A stretch of 64,000 nucleotides of DNA from Lingula anatina. Taxonomy: Eukaryota; Animalia; Brachiopoda. A program made the translations under genes and the position numbers. The stretch's first letter is position 1. Each line of letters starts with the position of its first letter. The stretch lies in NCBI GenBank assembly GCA_051362555.1, contig CM120640.1, positions 14,570,001 through 14,634,000 of the forward strand. The letters are read 5' to 3'. The notes below the pieces were generated by a model. The model saw nothing but the letters and a program-made list of their open reading frames with translations. It searched no databases and was not told the DNA's origin. Below are positions 23,941-35,000 of the stretch, piece after piece.

Positions 23941-25867
23941 CTTGCTTTCAGCGAATAACCTAAGATGATATTTTTTGTGTGTATTCAGCACTTTGAAATG
24001 ACTTGATATGCTTTAAACAAAAAAGTCAAGTACTGTTATTTGCATCAGGGAATTAACGTAATATGATAAATAGAGCATATAGAAATAAATATGAAAAAAA
24101 TCAGATTGACCCATTAAAATAAGATATTTACAACAACGTTTAAAAACAAGACTTGTTTATTTAATAAGCCCCTCAGGCACCATCTATTCATCCTAAAACT
24201 AGACCTTTAAGGGTACTGACAGGGTTTATGATAATCGAAATATCGGAAATGAGGTTTTTCGTGCAGCTTAATATTCAATTATGTACCTACAATTTTGCTG
24301 ATTAAAAACAATAAAAATCAAGTCGAAAACATAAAATATCCTCTTTTATATATCTCTCACACAGCGACCAATAGTTCAAATAAAGAGAACTTAGATCAGC
24401 GATTATGTAGTAACAATGTTCTTTGACGTTCAGAATTCTAACCGTTTTGCATTCTGTTTCTCATGCTGACAATTATGAACACAGACGCACATTTGACAAC
24501 ACCATTATAACCGCTACACCATCTGTGGTCGTAAAAGATTAAAATAAGATTCAATCTAACACTTTAACATAGCCCTCTGGATGAAAGCATGCTGAAAAGC
24601 ATGTTACACACGTATCTTGCCTATGTGGTAAAACAACAAGCATCAGTGACAGCTGCATCGCCCCATGGGGTAAATGTATCTTTTTCCTTAATAATGGTAT
24701 TCCTATGTAATAAGATAGGGTTTTAGTAGCGTCATTAAACATGGGGAATCTGGGGGCGAAACGATGAAGTAAATAATCAAAATGTAGCTTACTTTGGTAT
24801 ATTTTTGAAAATATTTATATTCATTTAAATTAAAATCCAAATGTAATTAAAAACAGAGTGGTTCTAAAGGTGCACATGACCTAAGTATTAACAAACAACA
24901 GTGCTGTTGACGGCAACACAAAAGTCAATCATCAATAGCAATCATGCTCTTACTTGATATGTCACGAAAGTAAAACGTGTTTAAAGTTATGATCTTTGTG
25001 AAGCTGAAGACGTCTTTAAACATGTCACTGACAACATGAACAACATCAGTGGTCAAGTGGAATCACAAGCTCTTCTATGTAGACATTTTTATCCTTCAGT
25101 TGGAGACAAAGACTTCAAAAGGATGATTCCAAAATATAACTCGAATTGAAGTAGTGTGTGTGCAAAAGGGTGTGATCACTTTCGTGCGTGTCTGTGCGTG
25201 TGCCTGTGGAAAGGCAATGAAGATTCATCTTGCTTCATTTGGTAGGCCCCCAATTAAATAATTTTGAGCGAAGCTAGTGTAGGTGCCTTTACCTTTAAAG
25301 TAAAATATGCGTGAAAATATGAAAATTCCCAAGATGCGATGCACATAGAGCAAACAATAACACTTGCATGGGTTAAAAGAGTCGGCCTACATCACTTGGT
25401 ATATTAGATGCCTGAGAACACAAGGCCATCATGCACAACAAATAAATAAATAAATGAATAAACTTCTTTTCTGAATTTTCTAAATTATGACTTTTGCATG
25501 AAATCTTTGAAATCCTTGTTTTCGTGTCCGTGCGTTTTTGTTTCAACATTTCATAGACATTTCCAGAACTATGTATTCAAATATTGAAAAAAATGCCACT
25601 TATGCCAATTTTGTTTTTATTTGCCAAATCTCGATACCGTCGCACATAGGTTGCATCATACTTGCTACATGATTTGAAAACGATTGCCGAAAAATTGACA
25701 AAAGAATATCATAAAAAATTCTCCACCAAAACCGTATATCGCGCGTTAATTCGTGTTGGCGAAGTGCGCTGTCGCATCACAAGTCTGTCATCCTATCCCC
25801 GGCATGACAGTCTTGTGTGACAACTCCCACTTAAACGACAAAGAAAAGACCAACAACGATCACTTAC

Positions 25868-26092
25868 CTGCAACAGGTCACGTATTAGTTTCATAACTTC
25901 GCTGTTCCTTCGATCATCACAGAGAGAGTCATCTTGGCTGTCTTGGCTGAAAATGCTGGAAGGATTCGTCCTTTTCCCCACCATTCCTGCCGCCCCCCAG
26001 CCGAGCGTTTGGTGCCATTGACAATTTGTATTTTGCAACACCATCACTATCACTGTCACTGATATCCACAACATATTGTGTTTGGTAACCAT
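25868..26092 (-). CDS. AKH/GnRH/corazonin-superfamily neuropeptide precursor, coding exon 1 (75 codons; mature pQWHQTLGWGAAGMV-NH2)
   Basis: Signal peptide MVTKHNMLWISVTVIVMVLQNTNC directly followed by Gln-initiated QWHQTLGWGAAGMV-GKR, then ...LCDDRRNSEVMKLIRDLLQ. Donor CAG|GTAAGT, phase 0. Confidence 0.88.
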
Positions 26093-26149
26093 TCTTGACG
26101 AATATTGTGTACTGTGTTCAAAAACTAATTCTGTTACTGACGGTTTACG

Positions 26150-26186
26150 TGACTTTTGCTCGTCGTCAAGGCTCCAGACTTTATAC
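26150..26186 (-). promoter_or_regulatory. TATA-box core promoter of the AKH/GnRH-type precursor gene
   Basis: GGGTATAAAG with TATAAA at 26185-26180. Predicted start near 26154 (AAAGTC), about 60 nt upstream of the ATG at 26092. Confidence 0.55.
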
Positions 26187-28952
26187 CCTCTGCCGCTCAC
26201 GCAATTTCAAGCGTGGTCGTCCAGCCCAGTTTAATTATGATTATTGTCAGTTAGGTTTATGCCTTGAAACGATATTTGAAATTGTCATTAAATGTCTAAT
26301 ACGATAAACATATCAGTTATGATAATGAAAGAATGCAACTGATATTAACGATCATTAGAACCTGTAAGCTCAGATGAAGTGTAACCCATTGTGCTGTCCA
26401 TTGTATTGTTCTCGGGGATCTGCACGAAAACCTCCTTCAAGAGTCCAAGCACCGATTGGTCTGGTCGGTCGAGTCAGGTACGCCAGGATTTATACGTCGC
26501 CCACTAAACAGCAAACACAGGCTGGCAGCCTGACATTTTAACTAGTGAAATTCCTTTTCCGAGACTTCTGAAAACGCTCACGTTTTTCAAAGCCGCTCGC
26601 AATTGATTCTGACAAGACGACGGTTTATTTTCTTCCGAGTGATTGGCTAGCGGAAGGAAGACGTACTGCGGTCATTTGGTATGGAACAATTGTTTTCATG
26701 CAGTATAGCTCACAAAGAAAGCATACGCGCAAGGACGATCAAACACATTACATAGGCAACCATGCAAGCAACCCTAAGACCACAAAAAATGGCCATCTCT
26801 TTGAACAATCTGAGTGTTAAACGATATAGCAATGTGCTTATGTACATTGAAAAGCGTTTAACAATTTAGTGTGATATCTCGATGAATAAATGGCATTATT
26901 GAGCCGGATGGCGTTGAGGAAGGTATACACCAAGAGAAAACACTTTCCCCTCCACACATAAAGTGCTTAAAACCCACGATTGGGATGCACGGCGCACAGT
27001 TTTCCCTTGTTCTAACAACAATGCCAACCCACGCAAATGAGCGCCAATCCTCAGCGGAATCAGCCACATAACTAAGGAGTCGTTGGAGAATGCTGATGGC
27101 CAAATTATCCATTAGGTTATTGACAGGAAACCTAATTCAGCGATTCTTAAATCTGAAATACATGATTTCATACACATATCGTTAGATCATTTGTTTATAC
27201 GCATCATTTAAAGATTGTTTACTATAGAATCAGGATTTTTTTGGATGGTATGTGTTTGTTGGACAAGTAATCATGGTGCCTTCATTAATGCCTCATAATT
27301 TGGCTACTACATGCCGTTTCCACGGAATCACATTCTAACTATTGATAAATGCTTATGTTCTTTTGAATTTGTCATTAATCACTTAATCCTTGCCATTATG
27401 GGATTGAGATTTAAGTGTAATGGTTGCTCTTTTTACTGTACGTGATTATTTGCCTTCATTAACCACAATTATCATCACTTCTGTTAAAGATTTGATTCGG
27501 TGTGGTCATATTTTAAAGTTGCCATGAATGTCTTAGCTTTGAATCCCCTCTCTCAATCTGTGTTACTGAAAGACCTATAGCTAAGTCTGCGTTCTTTTCC
27601 AAATGTTCCTCACAGTGTGAAATCATCTTCGATTCGTTTTTGAACATAAAAACACCTCGGCGAGAACAGAAGCATGACTTTTCTCTAAACAAAGTTAGGA
27701 AAGAATTAATTGGTTTAAAAATCAAGTATAACACCGTCTTCAATCATTAACTGTACAATACTAGCTATTTCCGCTATCAACTTAACGACATCACTCAGTA
27801 GGTACGTGTGTTCTCATTATTGCACTGTCATGGAATTTGCCAACTTGGACTTTAAAAAGCCGACTAGTCATTCGAAACTTTTTACCTCCACGTTAGTACA
27901 TAGTTGAAGCAAGGCTGCGGTAACAGCTCGTGTGAAAAACGACTGAAAAGCACATTCTTGTTCTAAATACCTAGTTTTTATGACACTTGAAAACTTACGA
28001 TTAAGCTGGACAGCATCTGTCAGTCGACTAGATTTTCTTTAGGATCAGAGGTCTACGGAAGTCTCAAAAGGCGTGTTGTGAAATCTTAGCGTACCTTGTC
28101 CCTTTAGTTCAAACACACTCCGAGCCGACAGTCTCAACCAAACAAGATGTTGTCTTGGTTTACAAAATTGTCGTTTTATGATATCTACATTAGTAATCTC
28201 CTTCGCATTTCCCCCCAATGAATTCCTTTGGGCTATAGTTGGCAGATAATTGATCATGGTTCTGATCGGATCTTGACAAGATTTTGTTTATCCATTTGAT
28301 GCGCGCATCCCTCCGTAACATAAGAAAGGTAATTTATTGCCATTTTGTGAACGGAGGTGTAAGTGATAGTAGTATGTGGTCATAAAAACAAGATTTTGAA
28401 ATTACTTAATTTTCTTGAAAGGGGATAAAGCGCCTTGAACTCGGCACTCTTCCATATGACAGACAAGGTTCTTGAAAATGTTTCAAGGCACGCGCATTGC
28501 CTTAACTTTACTTGCAAAACTACCGAACTTGGATGTGAAATTTACTTCAGTGGTACACATATACATGATTATTCGATTGTCTTGGTAATTCAGCAAATGA
28601 AAGAAATGCAAACTGACACTACGCAGCACGAGCCGATTTTCAATTCAATCAACGCCAACTTCCAAAGAAAGACACCATATACTTTTTCAGAGAAATATAA
28701 AGACTAAGGCGATTTTGATAATTTCTGTGGACACTTCGGTTATTTTTATGCAGCAAACAACGCAAAATTTTGTTGGCTACAAGGCTTATACACGAATAAA
28801 GCATTACAATTACAATGGACAATTATGAAGAAAACGACACAAAACTCGATTTAAATTACTCAGACGTTTGGTGTTATAATAACAAAACGTAGCTCGCTAA
28901 TTTATAAGTGATTAACGTATAAGTTCCTTTATTATTTATTGAGAAACATCTA

Positions 28953-30311
28953 CAGGGGGGTGTCAAAAGTATTGCACCATTTTTCTTTAAGGGGGACAAC
29001 AGATGGATTTGTCAGTCTTTCAATTGTTATTTTATTGAAAACTGATTGTGTCAAGTGAGTATCTTTATTTTAGGTTTACAGAACAATGCGTTGCCCTTAC
29101 ATGCTAATGTGTCAGAATTAATATTTTGTAGGATAGCCACGTGATCTCAATATGGCCACCATCCTTCAAGGCATAGACAGAAAAAGTTCATGAATCTTCT
29201 TGGGGCTATGTTGGCCCAGGGTCTGAAGACATTTTGGATTAAAGCGTTTATGGTAAAGGGGCGATCCTTTGCCACTTGATTTCCAATATCTTGCCATAGG
29301 TTTTCAATGGGGTTTGCGTCTGGTGATTGGGCAGGCCAGTCCACCCTGTTGATACCATGCTGGTAAAGCCTCTCTTGCACTACCCTGGCCCTAAGTGGTG
29401 TAGCGGTATCATCTTGAAATACAAACGGATGGTTCCTGTCCCCAAAGATGTTTTCTACCGATGCTAAAAGGTGCTGTTCGAGAATTTCAATGTATCGCTC
29501 GTGATTCAGGTTTCCATTTATCAACACCAGCTCACCTATACCGTAGAAACCAATCCACACCCACACCATTATTGAAGAGGACTGTCTAGTAAGGAAATGC
29601 ATATTCTTTGGCATATGACAAGTGGATGATGTTCTCCATACCCTCACTTGTCCTCCCACGTTGTTAGCTGAGAATATGGACTCATCAAAAAATAAAAAAA
29701 AAAAAAAATGGCGCCAATTCTGACCCACTGTCCAGGCAATGGTTCTTGCAGCCCATGTCACTCTTCTGCGTCTGTGGTACCAAGGAGATGAGCGGATTCC
29801 TCCTGGCAATCCTTCTGTGAATACCTGAAGCATGGAACCTTCTTTTTACAGTTTTTTTGCTAACCCCGACTTGCAAACTGCACGACCACTGCAACGCTAA
29901 TTTCCTGCACGACTCAAACCTCCTAAGCCTTGACAGTATAAAAAGGCCCACTTCGGTGCAGCTTATGGGCATCATCAGTGTCCTCCATCCTTCTGCAAAC
30001 TCTATACACAGTCTGACGAGAAATACCAAATCTGGCAGCTATCTGGGTAACATTTACACCCTCCTCCCTCAGAGAAACTATTTAATTTCTTCCTTCATTT
30101 GTGAGCTCCCGTACCTTCCCCATGGTGGCAGTATGACAGCTAGAAGGACCTTTTACCTTCGGAGGCACTTTTTATAGTACACATGGATGGATGAAAATTC
30201 ATCAATGGTAAAGCGAGCAATAAACTGAAAAACACGTTGAACTAAAGGGTCCCCCCATGCCACATAGAGCACTATTTACACAGGCGTTGCAATACTTTTG
30301 TCTCCCCTCTG
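28953..30311 (-). mobile_element. Tc1/mariner (DD34E) DNA transposon, both ends intact, decayed
   Basis: 24-bp TIRs CAGGGGGGTGTCAAAAGTATTGCA and reverse complement CAGAGGGGAGACAAAAGTATTGCA, flanked by TA at 28951-52 and 30312-13. Internal transposase remnant. Confidence 0.93.
29147..30123 (-). pseudogene. Tc1-type transposase pseudogene
   Basis: MGKVRELTNEGRN*IVSLREEGVNVTQIAARFGISRQTVYR (HTH region with a premature stop), frameshifts, then FFDES ... FQDDTA-(34 aa)-WPAQSPDANPIENLW catalytic motifs. Confidence 0.9.
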
Positions 30312-31175
30312 TACTTATTATGTAAATGATGAACATAGGCTAAAGGGCAGGCTCAGCACCGATTCAATTAAGTCTATTTCAGACTAACTTTAGACTAAGC
30401 AGGAGGCGACGTGTCGTATCATCCCGGAGTTAAAAGGGCATTCGAGTTGTTGGGTAGAGGTGGGTATATTGACAGATATTACAGATTATCCAGTCTGACC
30501 AAGGCGTGGAACTGCGTCTGATCTTTGGGATTAGGCTTTTTTGAGGAAAATCTTAAATTTTACTTTAGCTCGAAATCAGTTTTGCTGCTCGCAGGGATCT
30601 CTAACCTCTACTTCCTTGAACAAGAGTGTCACCTGGCAGTGACACACAGAAGTATCAATATATTTGTGTCCACAAGATATTATTTATGTAATCATATAGG
30701 CCTACACGCTGAACTAATAATGTTTATGCTGATTCAATAACATGGATATCGAGGTGCCAAGAAGAAAATAGAAATTGCTTCTCCTAAAAAATAACACACA
30801 CAGAATTACAGCGACTGTCCGAATATCAGGACCGTTCACGTGGACACATCTCTATTTCATAATTACATACGAAGCCTTTATCTATGAAAAAGTACAGAAG
30901 AAATGGAAAGAACTGGCCAAGATCCAAATATGACCATAAAATGGCGACAGACTTGTATCATTTGTTTTCTATTCAACTTCCATTGGAACTATACTGTTAT
31001 CTATATTCAAAACACTGATACTTGACCCTAAGAGGTTTTGATAGATAGGTTAATGACAGGTAAAAATCTTAATCTCTTAAAATGCACGATTTGAATCCAA
31101 AATAGGTATATTCAACTTGGGCATGAGAAGCCACTATCATGACTAAAAATAAAAAAAAGAAGAAAAAAAAAAGAA

Positions 31176-31535
31176 AAAAACACTCAGATAGCGCAGACAT
31201 CAGCCAAGGCAGCGCAATTCTCATTATGATAATTTTTATTGATTAATTGATATAACTCAATTATGTAATTCTACCTGACAATCCATTAAGGAATTAATTA
31301 GCCTAATACCCAATATCATTGATTATTGAAGTTATTTATTAATAGATTGACTAAAAGAAAATTAATAAATCAACAATTATAACTATCTCTGCGAAAATAT
31401 CTATTTTCCATTATTGCCTCAAAGTTATTTGTACGTAATGTAATTTTGCGTAATCAACATGATTTCAAGACAGTTAACGCTAAAAAAGCGATATTATTAT
31501 TCTCTCGAGTTGCGAAGCTGAAGAGGATTCAATCA
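31176..31535. mobile_element. Possible Helentron-associated (HINE-like) interspersed element
   Basis: Begins after an A-tract with CACTCAGATAGCGCAGACATCAGCCAAGG, resembling termini of non-autonomous Helentron families. AT-rich body. The assignment is from recall only. Confidence 0.3.
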
Positions 31536-31954
31536 TGCACTTACACCAGTGCGTCTGTTTGCTGTCACTGAGTTGTTTAATGGCTTCGGAAATACACATT
31601 AATTAATCAGCTGGTATTTTCATTGTCTGTGTATGTGATTCACGTATCTTATTTCATAGACTTTGGGGGTGTATATCTGTTCCCTCGATACATGCTAGCC
31701 TACAGTACAAAGGACGCCTTGGGGTTGAATCGTCTATCATATTCCTTCACCGCTCCCTAGGGATCAGCTTAAATCTAAAGTAAAGCAAATCATCAAGTTT
31801 GTACAACACACTGCTTGTCTGACGAATGATAACTGGAGAACTGTCTCTCCTTTCATGGCAGTATTGTCTGGCGATATACTGTACTAACGATATGGACCCG
31901 GAGTCTGGCTCTTATCAGGCTCAGCTGAGAACTTTACAGGAAATGAATTGACTT

Positions 31955-31981
31955 CAGGGGCGGATCCAAGATTATTTGAAT

Positions 31982-32014
<33 letters not shown>

Positions 32015-32020
32015 GCGCGG
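31955..32020 (+). repeat. CAGGGGCGGATCC-headed MITE fragment with poly-G
   Basis: CAGGGGCGGATCCAAGATTATTTGAAT followed by about 32 G. A related head CAGGGGTGGATTTAGG occurs at 9625. Confidence 0.45.
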
Positions 32021-35000
32021 ATGCGATGCTGGTCGATCTTATTTCTTACACGAGACAAAGAGGGAGGGTGTGATCTGGAGCGAAAGACCCACTGCAGAGG
32101 TATATTTCCCCAATTGAACCAGAGCTTACAGAACTTTTTCGACTGAAATTGATGATTCGTAGTGAACATTGTTATTTTCAAAGATGAAGTATCATTTAAA
32201 ATTGCCTTATTTCTCGTTTATAACGACCAAAGACAAAGACGCTGTATTCTAAATATCAAAATATCTCACTCTAAGTATATCTTTATATTCCTAATGCTAA
32301 GATGAATTTATTTCTCCAAGGTGATCATCACATTTACAAAAATCTGACTAGAAACTGTAAAATAAAGATAAAAACAAACAAGTAAAACAAAACAGATAAC
32401 ATTTTCTGATAGTCTTTATCACCTTTTAGATCTGTTTTGTGTTCAAAAAGGTATCCCAGATTAACAAATTGGCGGTACATGTGATTTAAACAACCAATGA
32501 TTTCTTAGGACTGAAATTAATAGAAGTTGAAAAGGTACATTCGCCAGATTAAGTTTATGTCTACTTGATTAATCCAAACTGGAAGTTACCGCTCTAAATG
32601 GTGCTAACATGTGCCAAGCTTCCTCTTGAGATCCTTAACAAAATTAATTTAAATTAATTAGCCAAATAATGCACACGAAAAGTTCCTATCTTGTTTTAGG
32701 ACTGACAGCGTGGCTAACTTAGTAAGACAGGTGCTGCCCCCTGTCTGGCAAAACTGTCAAGTCCCCTTTCTTTTATTTTTAGGGCTCTGTATTGACACAG
32801 AATAAAACTAATGCTGGGTCACTAACACAGGTTTACCTGTTGCTGTAACAAAAACAAATGACGGTCACGTGGTCTATTATAGGCGGGGTTTGTCCATATA
32901 AGGAACATTAGTCTTTTCTAAAAATAAGAAAGACGAGTATGTGTCTTCAGGTTGCAAAAATGCATGTAACTAACAATGAACTATGAATGTATTTTATAGT
33001 GAAGGCCCAACCAGTATACAGTTTCATCTCAAAGGCAGACAATGGGAGTTATAACTTCATATAAAAAAGTTTTCTTTGAAAATATTCACACTTTTCGCTT
33101 AATTATCAATGAATAACATATCCAAAACTGTTCACATGTCTACGATCCATAGGCCGTTCTTTATTTCTTAGTTGCTTAAACCCCTTTACACTGGACGGCG
33201 TCTTTTCTGCGTCATATGTGCGACCATTAAACTGGGATCGCTGTGGTCGTAGAAAGGAGGCACAATTGTCACTTTGGTTGCAAAATGAACGTTCCATAAT
33301 CGACTAGTTGTTGTCACGTAAAGTATTATTTTTTGACTCTCAAACGGGTCCGACGCCGTCCGGTTTAAAGGGGGCTGAATTTGTCAACGCGATCTGAGCT
33401 AGTTTTCTATAAACTATTGACTTTGGCTAAGGTAACCTCTTTGTTCTAGCCCGAGGCTTGGATAATTGGCCAACAAGGACAGCGACCGAAGCACTAACTT
33501 TAATTATTTCAATTTTAATTGTGGCTGAAAAGACCCATTGAAAAATTATCGATGATAACTTAAGATCATGCAGTGGTCATGGGGGCACCAGATGGAGGAG
33601 TAAGTTGACTAGGAGGTCAGCTCACTTTAATAATTGACCTCACGTGCCTCTCATTGCCTCTCAGCCAATGGGCAAACTTAAAAAAAATTGTGATCATGTA
33701 CCAAAAACTCCAATAGCTGTTTTGGTGTTTCTAATCTCATTGTGTTTGTTGTGACAGAGTGGAAGACGCACAATGCTGCCGTACTGATCTCATCTCAGAT
33801 GCGTCAATATCAAAGGCAGTCTGTTGCCGCCATCTTCACACATTTTTTTCTATCGATACAACGTTTGCAAATTGTCTGATTTTAAAACATTTACCGTGCA
33901 AACTGAGTTTTGATTACGCCAATTTCCAAATGCTTGCTTTTAAGTGCAACTGAATGACTCGTCAATTCATCACTTTACTAATGTACCGAACGGCCAACAC
34001 TGCCATCGGAGTATGACCTTGGTTGACGAAAAATGTTTGCTGTTTTGATTATCATTATATTTTTTAAAATTTTTGCTCCCTTTTCTGCTTCAGCTAACAA
34101 TAGTTAACCAATGTATGTTTCATGTTGAATACACGATGCACAAAAGGGACTTAATAAAGTTGTAATTGTTGAACTACATCAAAAACCGTAATAGTATCAG
34201 TTGGTCCACTTAACATTTATTACAACAATTTGACATTTTACAAAAAAATTAATGGAATGTTTTCAGTCAATTACTCATGCTAATGTAAACGTTTAATTAA
34301 TCCGCTGTAACGTGGTGCACGAAATGTTTTTGAATAATGATGAAATGTATACGTTAATGCAACAGCACAAGGGCTGAACGGAATAGCCGCAGAAATGTTC
34401 ATTTGCAAAAGGCCATAAGAAGAAAAAAAAGAAGAAGGGGGATGGATCTACGACTGAACGTCCCACTTAGCTCCGCCGTAGATAAATAAAAAAGGTCAGT
34501 TAACCTGATCTTGAGAGCAGTGGCGGAAGACCGTAAGAATTTTTGAAACCGTAAGGAGCTACGGAGTACGCCGAGTACATGTATGTCTACATTAAATGGC
34601 CAGTACGATTCCGTGCTATTTGGCACGGCCACCGTATATCTCAGCTCAGACGCCGTACGAAAAGGGTATTACGGGCAGTATACGTGTACGTGCACCGTAA
34701 GGGCATCGCATTTCAAATGTAATCTAGGCTTATAACTGATTCCATTTTTACCTAATTCATGTAAACCTTCTCAGATGTATTTTTGGCACAAAAATTGTTC
34801 GATTTTGAGACAGTCTGATATGTTACATGTATTGAAAACAAATGGTTATCGCCCTGAAAAGATGGGTCGGTTTTTACACTGGGGGGCGCCTCCCTTTTTT
34901 GTCATGTCTTTAGGTCATGATTTATTTGTCTCGAAAGATGTCTTTAATTGCTCTCCTGTAGCCAGCAGTACTCTACAATGTCACGATTCTACTCTCAAAA

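Noticed and set aside
24554-25411. Alternative second-exon candidates for the AKH-like gene (HAFIQRAMLKC*, AHAQTRTK..., ASNIPSDV...)
   Set aside because: The 23807-23732 exon fits better, with the xE...C motif, a strong donor and a phase-compatible exon 3.
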